The position numbers and the translations under genes were made by a program. A stretch of DNA of 64,000 nt from Ostreococcus lucimarinus. Its lineage: Eukaryota. The stretch lies in NCBI GenBank assembly GCA_000092065.1, contig CP000584.1; one strand, written 5' to 3'. This document shows positions 29,381 to 39,001 of this stretch, piece after piece (within the stretch, counting starts at the first letter, position 1; each line of letters begins with the position of its first letter). Below the pieces are notes generated by a model. That model worked only from the letters and a program-made list of their open reading frames with translations. It was not told where the DNA came from and ran no database searches.

Positions 29381-31918
29381 CTAGTTTTGATTGATGCTCG
29401 CGCCACCGAGGGGCGAGAGCGGTGGACGCGCGGATTTGGCGCCGTCGACGCTCGGTCGACGACTTCGGAGCGCTTCGTCGCGGTTGAAACTAAAGGCGCT
29501 CGGCGTCACGGGCTCGGCGAGTAAAACGCGCGCGGACTCGCGCGCGGGAGTTTGTCCAGTCGGTACGTCCTCTCGAACCGCGGTTGAGAGCTCGGAGCTG
29601 AATTGCTCGCGGATGGACGTCAGGTCGCGAACGTGCTTGGACATGAAGTCGGCGACGCCGCGTTCAGACGTCGCGGCGACGGTGTTCGCCAAGTCTGAGA
29701 AAGCCGCGCGATCGCTCGCGAGGGACTGGTTCAACGAATCCACAGTTTCATCGCAACCGCGTCGAGAAGCGACGACTGCTGCCACTGCGTGCTCAGCGGT
29801 CGCTTCGGCCCCAGTGCGCAGCTCGTTTGCGGCTTCCATCAACATGTCTGCCTGCTTCAACATGCTCGCGCGCGCGTACTCGCTCGCCTTGCGCGCAGAC
29901 TGCTCGACGGAGCGTTGCATGTTCGCCACAGATTCCTTCAGTGCGTTCACTTCGTTTTCTTTGCGAACCATAAAATCATCTAAAACCGTCTTCATGTGTG
30001 ATCGCGACTCGCGTTCGACTTCCTGAATTCCCGCCAAGTTTCTCTCGAGCGCCTCCAACCTATCGCACATGGACGTACTCAACTCGCGAATCGCGTCCGC
30101 GTTCGAGTGCATCACACTTTCCTTGCGATTAATCTTCTCAAACAATGCCGTGGCTTCGTCTTTCGCCGCGAGTAAATCCTTCGCCATGGCGCTCGTCGCC
30201 GTGGACAAGTCGTCGTGAGTTTTTTCAAACGCGTCGAGCAAGTACTCCTTCTCGCGCACGTTCTTTTTCGCCCCACTCAACTCCACCGACGTGGTGCGCA
30301 AGTTGTCTTTAGTCTCCCCGAGCTCGACTTCAGTCTCCGCGTGTTGTTCTTTAAGCTGTAAGAAGTTCTTCTTCGTCTTGTCAAACATACGCGTCATCTT
30401 GTCGTGCTCAGCTTTCATCGACGCCAACTCGCGTTCGAGCTCCTCTGCGCGACGCCTCGTCGTCGTATGTTCGCTCTGCTCGGCGTCGTAGTTTGCCTTT
30501 GACATATAGACCCCGTTTTTCTCTCGCGTCGCCAACAAGTCGGCCTGCAAATGCTCAATGCAGCGTTGCATCTCGTTCAAAAAGTCACTCTTCGACTTCT
30601 TGCCATTCACTACGGGAGAGTTTTTAATGTTCTTCGCCCGATGCGCATACTCGAGCGTACTCAACGTTTCCTCCACCGAGTGCGAAGCCGGGGACACGGT
30701 GGCGATGATGCACGTGCGCGATTTTCCGCCCAACGCGTCACGCAGTAATCTCGTGAGCTTACTGTCCCGATACGGTATGTGCACCGACTTGTCGACCAGC
30801 GCCGTGATGACACGTCCGAGCGCGACGAGCGACGTGTTAATCGCCCCAGCCTCCTTCGCACGCTTGTCCTTGGCACCAGATCGCGAAATGTTTTCGCTTC
30901 CGGCCAAATCTACTAGATTCAGCTTGCCAGTACGCACGAACTCTTCGCCATCGGGCGACACATCGGTCCAGTGAACTGTGACGCTGAATACGCTGTGCGA
31001 CCGACTCGAGTGCGCGTTTATATCCGTCGCCTCGGTTTTTCGAAGCGCGTTCCCACGATTCAGCACCGCAAACGCCTCCTCCGTGGAACCGACGTAGACT
31101 TCTTCTAGACCTTTCACGACGACACCATTCTTACCATCCTCCATCAACGCGTGCTCGGTCGCATTCGTCCCGTCCGTCGACGCGCCGAGCAAGTCGGTGA
31201 TTTTCTCGTTGTACAGCTCGAGGTACGTCACCTTGACGCTGTGTTCCAATTCCTTACTCTTGAGATGTTCGAATATGTGCGACATCGCCCGCGGAATCAC
31301 CCCCGCTTCGCTGCTCAAGACATCGCACTCCGCATCGTGCGCCCCGCTCATCGTGTGCGTCTTCCCCGTCCCCGTCTGCCCGTACGCGAACACGGTGCAG
31401 TTCATCCCCTCGAGCACGTCCTTCACCATCGGTCTCACCGCGGAATCATACACCCGTTCCTGCGTCGACTGCGTCCCAAAAACGTCATCAAACGCAAATT
31501 CCTTACTCTCTGACGTCTCTCGCTTCCCTCCGTTCGTCGTCGACGTCCCCGCGCCGCCCCGCGCCACCGCCATCGTGCGCGCGTGCTCGTCCACCGTAAT
31601 CACTTCCGGCACTTTCTCCGCGCGTTCGTTCGCGTTCAGCGGCCTGCGCGCGTCGTTTATCGCGTCGTCAGTCTCATCATCGCTCGTCTCGATCGATCGC
31701 GATCGCGCGCGCGTCCTCCGCGCCTCCTTCGCTCGCGTTCGCGCGTCGCGCGTCGCCGTCGCTCAACGACTGCATTTGAAATTCGCGTCGACATCTTCCT
31801 CGCGCGCGTCGCATCGCGTTCGTCACCGCGCGCACCTGCATCGCAGAACGACGCTGACGCGCACGGTCGAGCCCGGTCGCCGCGCGCGATCGCCCGCGTC
31901 GGGCCGTCGCGACGCCAT
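29381..31918 (-). CDS. kinesin-5 (BimC/Eg5-like) motor protein; two exons 31836..31918 and 29381..31643
   Basis: Motor motifs GQTGTGKTHTM, NLVDLAGSENISRSGA, SLVALGRVITAL, HIPYRDSKLTRLL. Long coiled-coil tail. The track start at 31612 is GTG. Exon 1 (ATG at 31918) encodes MASRRPDAGDRARRPGSTVRVSVVLRC + AG. Joining it to G|CCGCTGAAC recreates the conserved beta1/P-loop-proximal motif VRVSVVLRCRRPLNANER. Donor GTGCGC, branch GACTGACGAC, acceptor CGCGCGCAG. Confidence 0.85.
31644..31835 (-). other. intron (192 nt, phase 2) in kinesin-5
   Basis: See above. Removing it restores the canonical kinesin N-terminal motif. Confidence 0.65.
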
Positions 31919-32116
31919 TCGCGTCGTCGTGTGCGGCGCGACTCCTTCCCCCGCGCGATAAAAGAGAGTTCGGACATTCGGCGTCGTAGAGCGTACGAAA
32001 TGATAGACTGGATAACACAATGTCACTGAATACACATAGGAGTGCGAACACACGCGACGCCGCGACGCCGCGCCGCGACGCGCGGCGCGCGGCACACGCC
32101 GGCGAGCGCGGGCGGG

Positions 32117-34447
32117 ATGCCGGTCCATCGCGACAGCGACCGCGGCGATGCCTCCATCTCGATCGCGTCGCCGTCCGCGAGCGCGCGCGCGCGGAAAGAC
32201 GTCGCGCCGCGTCGAAGGACGACGCCGCGGGCGACGCCGACGACGCGACGACCGACGACGACGACGCGCGCGCTGACGATTAAACCGTTCAAGCGCGCGC
32301 CGGCGGTGCCGGAGGAGTTCGCGAGCGATGCGCGCGCGATGCTGCGCGACGCGATCGCGGCGGTGCAAGAGAAACGACAGACGAGGGAGAGCCACGAGAC
32401 GCTGTACAGGGCGGTGGAGAATTTGTGCGTGCACAAGCGCGGCGACGACGCGTTTGAGGATTTTCGCGCGGGTGGGGACGCGCGGAGCGAAAAGGTGCTC
32501 GTAGAGCTGGAAAAGAAGAAGATAGGTGACTCCATGGTGTTTCTGAGGACGTTTGATGAGGTTTGGGGAGAGTACTGCGCGCAGGCGTTGACGCTGCGGT
32601 CAATTTTTTTGTATTTGGACCGCGCGCGCGCGAACGGGGGTGGGAAGGCGAGCACGCTTTGGGACGTTTCGTTGCGGTTGTTTCACGAACATTTAGAGAA
32701 TTCGGCGAAGAGCGTGAAGGGGAAAGTCGTCCGCGGATTGCTCGATCTCATCGAGCGCGAGAGGATGGGTGAGAAGATTGATAGAGCGCTCGCCAAGCGC
32801 GTGTTGCGCGCGCTGAGCGCGTTGGGCGTGTACGGCGAGGCGTTTGACACCGTCTTCATAGAGGCGAGCCAGGAATTTTACCGTAAAGAAGGGAACGAGT
32901 ACGGGGCACAGACGGATGTTTCTGACTATTTGAAGCACTGCGAGCGACGATTGGAGGAGGAGGCGGAGCGCTGCACGAATTACTTGGACGCCAGCACGGC
33001 GCGAGGGTTGATGCGCGTGTGTGAGCAAGGTTTAATAGAGGCACACATCGGGGATATCCTCGATAAGGGGTTCGTCGATCTCATGCGTCAGCATCGAATA
33101 GACGACTTGAAGCGATTGCACTCACTCTTGGCGCGCATGGACGGATTAGATCGCCTGAGTGCGGCTTTCGTGACGTACCTCAAGCAGCAAGGCACCGCCA
33201 TCGTCAAGGACGACGCGAACGATAAAGAAATGGTCGAACGCTTGCTGGCGATGAAAAGCGCCGTCGACGAAGTGTTGAATAAATCGTTCGGCCGCTCCGC
33301 CGCGGATGGATCGAACGATATTTTCATCAACGGCGTCAAGGAGTCGTTTGAGTCGTTCATAAACTGTCGTCAAAACGTCCCCGCAGAGCTCATAGCCAAG
33401 TACATCGATTCCAAGCTCAAGAGCGGCAACAAAGGCGCGAGCGAGGAGGAATTGGAGACAACATTAGACAAAGCGTTGACGCTGTTTAGGTACATCGTCG
33501 GTAAAGATGTGTTTGAAGGCTTTTACAAGAAGGAGCTCGCCAAGCGTTTGTTACACGCGAAGAGTGCGAGCATCGACGCAGAGAAGAGCATGATTAGCAA
33601 GTTGAAGGCGGAGTGCGGGAGCCAGTTCACGCAGCATCTCGAGGGTATGTTCAAGGATATCGATCTTAGTCGCGAGATCATGCAATCGTTCCGACAGACG
33701 TTTGACGACGAGGCGTTGACAAAGGGTATAGAGATGAACGTAAACGTCATCACGCAAGGATGCTGGCCATCGTATCCAGTTATCGACGTCAATATTCCCG
33801 AGCAACTCGCTGTTTTACAGGAAAAGTTTCAAGACTTTTACCTCGGAAAGCACTCTGGGCGACAGTTGACGTGGCAAAACTCACAAGGCCACTGCGTGCT
33901 GAAGGCGCGATTCGGTAGCGGCATGAAGGAGCTCAGCGTGTCGCTCTTTCAATGCGTCGTACTCATGTTGTTCAATGACGCCGAAAAACTTTCCTACGAG
34001 GACATAGCGTCGAAGAGTGGGCTAGAGGAGAAAGAATTAAAGCGTGCGCTGCAGTCCCTTGCATGTGCCAAGGTCCGTATCTTGAACAAAGAGCCGAAAT
34101 CTCGCGACGTCAACGCGGGCGACGTCTTCGAGGTCAACGCCGCGCTCAACGAGCGCCTGTTCCGCATCAAGGTCAATTCGATTCAAATCAAAGAAACCAC
34201 GGAGGAAAATAAGCAAACCATGGAGCGCGTGTTCCAAGACCGTCAACAGCAAGTTGACGCCGCGATCGTTCGCGTGATGAAGACCCGAAAGTCGCTCACC
34301 CACGCCTTGCTCATCTCCGAGCTCATGGCGCAGCTGAAATTTCCGACAAAGGCGAGCGATTTAAAGAAGCGCATCGAGAGTCTCATCGAGCGCGAGTACA
34401 TCGAGCGCGACCGCGAGGACGCTCAAAAGTACAACTACCTCGCGTAA
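32117..34447 (+). CDS. CUL4: cullin-4
   Basis: Cullin homology region and C-terminal winged-helix/neddylation segment IVRVMKTRKSLTHALLISELMAQLKFP...YIERDREDAQKYNYLA. The N-terminal LTIKPFKRAPAVPEEF...LYRAVENLC matches the CUL4 N-terminus. The track start at 32042 is GTG. The first ATG is at 32117. Confidence 0.85.
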   Translation: MPVHRDSDRGDASISIASPSASARARKDVAPRRRTTPRATPTTRRPTTTTRALTIKPFKRAPAVPEEFASDARAMLRDAIAAVQEKRQTRESHETLYRAVENLCVHKRGDDAFEDFRAGGDARSEKVLVELEKKKIGDSMVFLRTFDEVWGEYCAQALTLRSIFLYLDRARANGGGKASTLWDVSLRLFHEHLENSAKSVKGKVVRGLLDLIERERMGEKIDRALAKRVLRALSALGVYGEAFDTVFIEASQEFYRKEGNEYGAQTDVSDYLKHCERRLEEEAERCTNYLDASTARGLMRVCEQGLIEAHIGDILDKGFVDLMRQHRIDDLKRLHSLLARMDGLDRLSAAFVTYLKQQGTAIVKDDANDKEMVERLLAMKSAVDEVLNKSFGRSAADGSNDIFINGVKESFESFINCRQNVPAELIAKYIDSKLKSGNKGASEEELETTLDKALTLFRYIVGKDVFEGFYKKELAKRLLHAKSASIDAEKSMISKLKAECGSQFTQHLEGMFKDIDLSREIMQSFRQTFDDEALTKGIEMNVNVITQGCWPSYPVIDVNIPEQLAVLQEKFQDFYLGKHSGRQLTWQNSQGHCVLKARFGSGMKELSVSLFQCVVLMLFNDAEKLSYEDIASKSGLEEKELKRALQSLACAKVRILNKEPKSRDVNAGDVFEVNAALNERLFRIKVNSIQIKETTEENKQTMERVFQDRQQQVDAAIVRVMKTRKSLTHALLISELMAQLKFPTKASDLKKRIESLIEREYIERDREDAQKYNYLA

Positions 34448-34608
34448 CGATCGACGCTTAGATAATCGTTTAGACTCGCGCGCACCGCGCATTTGTTTCA
34501 ATACAGTTCCCTCTCGCCGTGGACGCCTCGACGGCGCGACGAAAAATTCAAAAACAGTCAGCCACAGACAGTCACAGTCACCGCACTCGTCGCCGCTTCG
34601 CGTCACCG

Positions 34609-37305
34609 ATGACGCTCGACGCCCTCGACGTTCTCGATGACGACGCCCTGAACGCGCTCGACGTCGACGGCATCGCGCGCGCGGCGGCAAATAAACGCGC
34701 GCGCGTCGACGTCGGATGCGCGCGCGTCGAGACGAATGAGAACGTGGCACCATCGGCTGACGTGCGCGCGACGCTCAAAGCGCGGTTCGGCCTCGATGCG
34801 TTTCGCCCCGGTCAGCGCGAAGTCGTCGAGGCGGTGCTCGCCGGGCGGGACGCGTGCGTGTTCTGGAGCACGGGCTCGGGGAAGTCGTTGCCGTATCAAC
34901 TCGCGGCGTTTGCGAGCGGAAAGAGCGCGGTGGTGGTGTCTCCGTTGATTTCGTTGATGCAGGATCAGGTGACGGCGTTGAACAACACGGTCGGACGCGG
35001 TGATGGGAAAGATGGTGACGTGGCGGTGTTTTTGGGGTCGGCACAGATGGATCACGGCGCGGAGGCGCGCGTGTTTGAGGGGGCGTATGAAATAGTGTAC
35101 TGCACGCCGGAAAAGTTGACGGCGAGCGATTCGTTTTTGAATGGGTTGAAAAGTCTCGCGGCGCGAGGGCGGTTGGGGTTGATCGCGATCGATGAGGCGC
35201 ATTGTATTTCTGCGTGGGGGCACGATTTTCGTCCGTCGTACACGCAGTTACACATGCTTCGCGACGCGATCCCAAATGTTCCGATCATGGCGCTCACGGC
35301 GACGGCGGTGCGTCACGTGCGCGACGATATTTCAAAGATTCTGCGTCTGCGCGATCCGTACGTGAGCGTGAACTCCGTCGATCGCACCAACTTACACATC
35401 AACGTCGTGCGCCGGACGGATTTTTCAAGAGACTTGGATTACATCGTCGAGCGCGTTCGCGCGGGTGCGCGCGTGTCGCCCGCCATCGTTTATTGTCCGA
35501 CGATTGCGGAAGTCGTCAAAGTCGCCGGTGCGCTGAAACAGCGCTTAGGCGACGATGTCGTTCGGATGTATCACGGCCAAATGTCACCGCCGGAGCGACA
35601 CGATGCGCACATGGATTTTTTGACGAGTAGAAGTCCCGTCATCGTGGCGACGACGGCGTTCGGGATGGGTATTGACAAGCCCGACGTGCGAGCGATTACG
35701 TTATTAGGCGCGTCGAAGACGATGGAAGAGTTTTATCAGCAAATCGGTCGAGCCGGCCGCGATGGACTGGCGTCCGAAGTTTCGATGCTGTTCACGGACG
35801 GCGATTTCACGCGCTACGCTTCAGACTTTTACACGAAAGATCTCACGCCTCAAGCTCGCGACGCTCAAGCAAAATCGACGAATGCGCTCAAAGAGTTTGC
35901 GCTTAATCGCGAAACGTGCAGACGGGTGATGATAATGAAACATTTCGGGGAAACTGCGCCCTTCGTCAGGTGTGGCGGTACTTGCGACAATTGTGCGCGA
36001 AGTGAGCGCGGAGACGAACGAAGAAATTTTGCAAAGGAGGCGCTGCCCGTTCTCTTTGCGCTTCGTTACGCCGGGAGTCAGCCGAGTTCGCGCTTGTTGG
36101 ATACCATCATGGGTACTACGAAGAACGCAGCGAGCTTGCAACCTTGGCAGCGACAAGCGATCGATAACGCCCGCCGACTCGATGATTTACAACCAGGATG
36201 CTCTTCGCGCGAGTTCTACAAGGAAATGCTCAGCTTGTTGTCTCAAGTTGGTTTGGTGCGCGCGAGAACCGTCAAAGGCGCTCACTCAACGTATCCAGTT
36301 TACGATCTCGACCCACAAGCACAGGACTTCTTGCAGCAGCAAAATTCAAACCAATTACCGCCGTTGATGCTCATCTGCCCCGAAAGTGTCCTCGCTGCCG
36401 AGCGCGAGATGGCCAAGAAGGCGGATGAAATCAAAGCTAGATTGGTGGGCAGCGGTGTCGACGTCGCGCGCATTCCAGCGCACGAGCTCGCGTCAGGTCG
36501 CGGCGAGCAAATCGATGCCGAATTGGAGTGGATCAATCGACTGGAGTATTACAGGGGCACACCACGCGCCGAGGCCCTCGTTGATCTATTGTCGCAAATT
36601 GAGCAGTGGCGAGACTCTCGCGCGCGCGAACTCGGTATGGCGCCTGCAGCGGTATTGAGCGCGCACTTGTGCAAAAAGATTGCGTACACCGCGCCGCGTT
36701 CGGTCGAAGCATTGCGCGCTGTTGGTGTTCGCGTCACTGGTGTCGAAAGTCTGAGTAAGTTGATTAACGATGCGATGCCAAAGGTTGATGTCGAAACTAC
36801 GAGCAATGGAGCGCTGGAGCTTTCGCTCGGCACCATCGCGCCCAACGCGCGATGGCATCTCGCCGAGTACAAACCAAAGAAAGGACCGGGCGGGACGATG
36901 GTGAAACCGAATTGGGAGGTGAGTTACGAGCGCTTCACGAGCGGCGAACACGTCGAAACGATCGCGCTCACGACGCAGCCAAAGGCGGTTCAACCGGCGA
37001 CGGTATTCAACCACCTGCTCGAGGCTCTCCTGCACGCCAAACCGCTGGATTACGATCGCGCCGCGTCTTACCTCCCCGCGTCGCAACGCTTAACCAAAAG
37101 CGACTGCGCCATGTTCGCCGACGTTCAACTCAGCAAGCGCGTCGACGTCGTCGCTGAGCGCGCGCCGAGCACGCGAGCGTTTCTCGCCGACGTAATTCGC
37201 GACGTTCCCTCCGCGTCCAAGTTCGACGCCGAGCGTCAGCGCGACGCCGTGTGGTACACCAAGCTCCGCACGTGGATCGCCTTGAGACGCGCAGGCGCCG
37301 TCTGA
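34609..37305 (+). CDS. RecQ-family ATP-dependent DNA helicase (helicase + RQC + HRDC-like)
   Basis: GKSLPYQL Walker A. The DEAH box reads DEAHCISAWGHDFRPSY. Helicase C motifs are present. A C-terminal HRDC-like segment is present. The in-frame ATG is at 34609 (the track start at 34519 is GTG). Confidence 0.85.
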   Translation: MTLDALDVLDDDALNALDVDGIARAAANKRARVDVGCARVETNENVAPSADVRATLKARFGLDAFRPGQREVVEAVLAGRDACVFWSTGSGKSLPYQLAAFASGKSAVVVSPLISLMQDQVTALNNTVGRGDGKDGDVAVFLGSAQMDHGAEARVFEGAYEIVYCTPEKLTASDSFLNGLKSLAARGRLGLIAIDEAHCISAWGHDFRPSYTQLHMLRDAIPNVPIMALTATAVRHVRDDISKILRLRDPYVSVNSVDRTNLHINVVRRTDFSRDLDYIVERVRAGARVSPAIVYCPTIAEVVKVAGALKQRLGDDVVRMYHGQMSPPERHDAHMDFLTSRSPVIVATTAFGMGIDKPDVRAITLLGASKTMEEFYQQIGRAGRDGLASEVSMLFTDGDFTRYASDFYTKDLTPQARDAQAKSTNALKEFALNRETCRRVMIMKHFGETAPFVRCGGTCDNCARSERGDERRNFAKEALPVLFALRYAGSQPSSRLLDTIMGTTKNAASLQPWQRQAIDNARRLDDLQPGCSSREFYKEMLSLLSQVGLVRARTVKGAHSTYPVYDLDPQAQDFLQQQNSNQLPPLMLICPESVLAAEREMAKKADEIKARLVGSGVDVARIPAHELASGRGEQIDAELEWINRLEYYRGTPRAEALVDLLSQIEQWRDSRARELGMAPAAVLSAHLCKKIAYTAPRSVEALRAVGVRVTGVESLSKLINDAMPKVDVETTSNGALELSLGTIAPNARWHLAEYKPKKGPGGTMVKPNWEVSYERFTSGEHVETIALTTQPKAVQPATVFNHLLEALLHAKPLDYDRAASYLPASQRLTKSDCAMFADVQLSKRVDVVAERAPSTRAFLADVIRDVPSASKFDAERQRDAVWYTKLRTWIALRRAGAV

Positions 37306-37452
37306 CCGCGTCGCCCCTGGACATCAGAAGACGCAACCGCGGCGTCGCCAATCGCGAATTGTATCACTGAAGAAATCACGTTTGTTTTCCCGCGCATTTT
37401 AAGTTTTCGCGCCAAAACCGATTCGACACTTCACGCCGCATTGTCCTCCGCC

Positions 37453-38805
37453 ATGCTCTCCGAATTCGAGCTCGCCCGCCTCGAACGCATCGAGCAGAAC
37501 AAGAAACGCATGCTCGAGATGGGCATCACCGGCATGGCGCGCGATCTCGCCGCGCGCGCGTCGCCGCAAAAGGTGCGTTCGGCGACGATGAAGACGCGCG
37601 CTGATTTCGTTGCCGATGGCGAAAGACGACGCGGTGGTGGCGTCGATCGACGCTCGATGGCGTCGCACGCGCGATGAAACGATGACTGACGATATAATGC
37701 GCGGATGATGACGCTCGCGACGACGCAGACGCCGCGAAAGCTGAGCATGAAGTACACGCGTAGACCGATCACGCCGGAGAGCGAACGCCGACGGTCGTCG
37801 CGCGAGCGAACGAAGATTTCGTACGTTGGAATGGATGACGGGGCGCAGGATAAGAGCGATCGTGGGTACACGAAACCGGCTCGGGCGCCGACGCGGGCGC
37901 CGCGGGCGGTGTTTTCGGTCGGGGGACGGGTTTACGATAGCGAACGAGGGGTGACGTGTCACTGGTGTCGACAAAAGACGGTGGAGACGCACGTGGCGTG
38001 CACGGGGGAGGCGTGCCAGGGTGCGCGGTTGCCGTTGTCGTTCTGTGGGATGTGTTTGAGAAATCGTCACGGGGAGGACATCGACGACGCCGTCGCGTCG
38101 GGGTGCTGGCAGTGCCCGCGATGCCGCGGATCCTGCGGCGAAGGGTGCGTGACGTGCTGCAACTGCGGACCGTGCCGGAAAAAGGCTGGTCTGGCGCCGA
38201 CGCACCAAGTCATCCAGCTCGCGCGCGCGAGTGGATTCGATAACGTGCACGATTACTTGGTGTCTCAGACCACGCGCGAAGGCCCGAAAGAAATCGCCGC
38301 GCGCAAGCTTTCGTTCCCATGGGGAAAATGGTTGCGCGACGATTTCTGCGCCCCGTGCGCGGCGGATCCCGAGTCCGAATCAGAGGAGCGACAAGTGGAC
38401 GTCGCCGCCGGTTCCTCCGCAGACGATGAAAGCGCGCAAGACGTCCCGTCACCTTTTGACTCCGACGACGATTCGAGCGGATCTGACGACGATCAGTTCA
38501 TGGTCGTCCGCCGCACTCCGACAAAGCGTCCCGCCGCGTCGCCGCGCGCGTCCGCGTCGCCGAAGAAAAAGGCTCGCCCTTCGATCAAAACGCCGGTCAA
38601 GAAACCGATCGAGTCGATCAAGTCGAAGACCGCGCCACCGACGCCCGAACCCATCGCGCACCTCGGCGAAGACGTCTACGAGTTTGAGCGCGTCTTGGCT
38701 CGCCGCAAGCGCGGTCGCGGCGAGCAGCTTCTCATCAAGTGGCGCGGGTTCGGCGAAGACGAAGCGACGTGGGAACCGGCGAGAAACATCATCACGCACG
38801 CGTGA
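37453..38805 (+). CDS. CDCA7-like zf-4CXXC_R1 protein with N-terminal leucine-zipper-like exon and C-terminal chromo domain; proposed exons 37453..37572 and 37729..38805
   Basis: Zn-finger block GVTCHWCRQKT...FCGMCLRNRHGEDIDDAVASGCWQCPRCRGSCG...NCGPCRKK...GFDNVHDYL matches the CDCA7/JPO1 4CXXC domain. The C-terminal EDVYEFERVLARRKRGRGEQLLIKWRGFGEDEATWEP is a chromo domain. The upstream small ORF (MLSEFELARLERIEQNKKRMLEMGI...SPQK) ends at AAG|GTGCGT. A CGCAG|ACG acceptor at 37728/37729 has TGACTGACGAT 38 nt upstream, and the join is phase-0. Confidence 0.7.
37573..37728 (+). other. proposed intron (156 nt) joining the leucine-zipper exon to the 4CXXC exon
   Basis: GTGCGT donor. The tgactgacgat block is identical to the one in the SMC2 intron. 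Acceptor GACGCAG. Confidence 0.5.
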
Positions 38806-39001
38806 GCGCGGCGAGCGCGTCACGACGACGAGCGATGCGATACTATTACTATATACTACACGACGACGCGATATTCGATATTTACGAAGTCAGCAACCAC
38901 CTACAGACGCCAACAGCACAATCCAGCGAATCAAATCTTTCTTTCTTCACTCTTCAGCGGTAATCGCCCTCGCGCTCGCGCTCGAACGGCGACGCGCGAC
39001 G

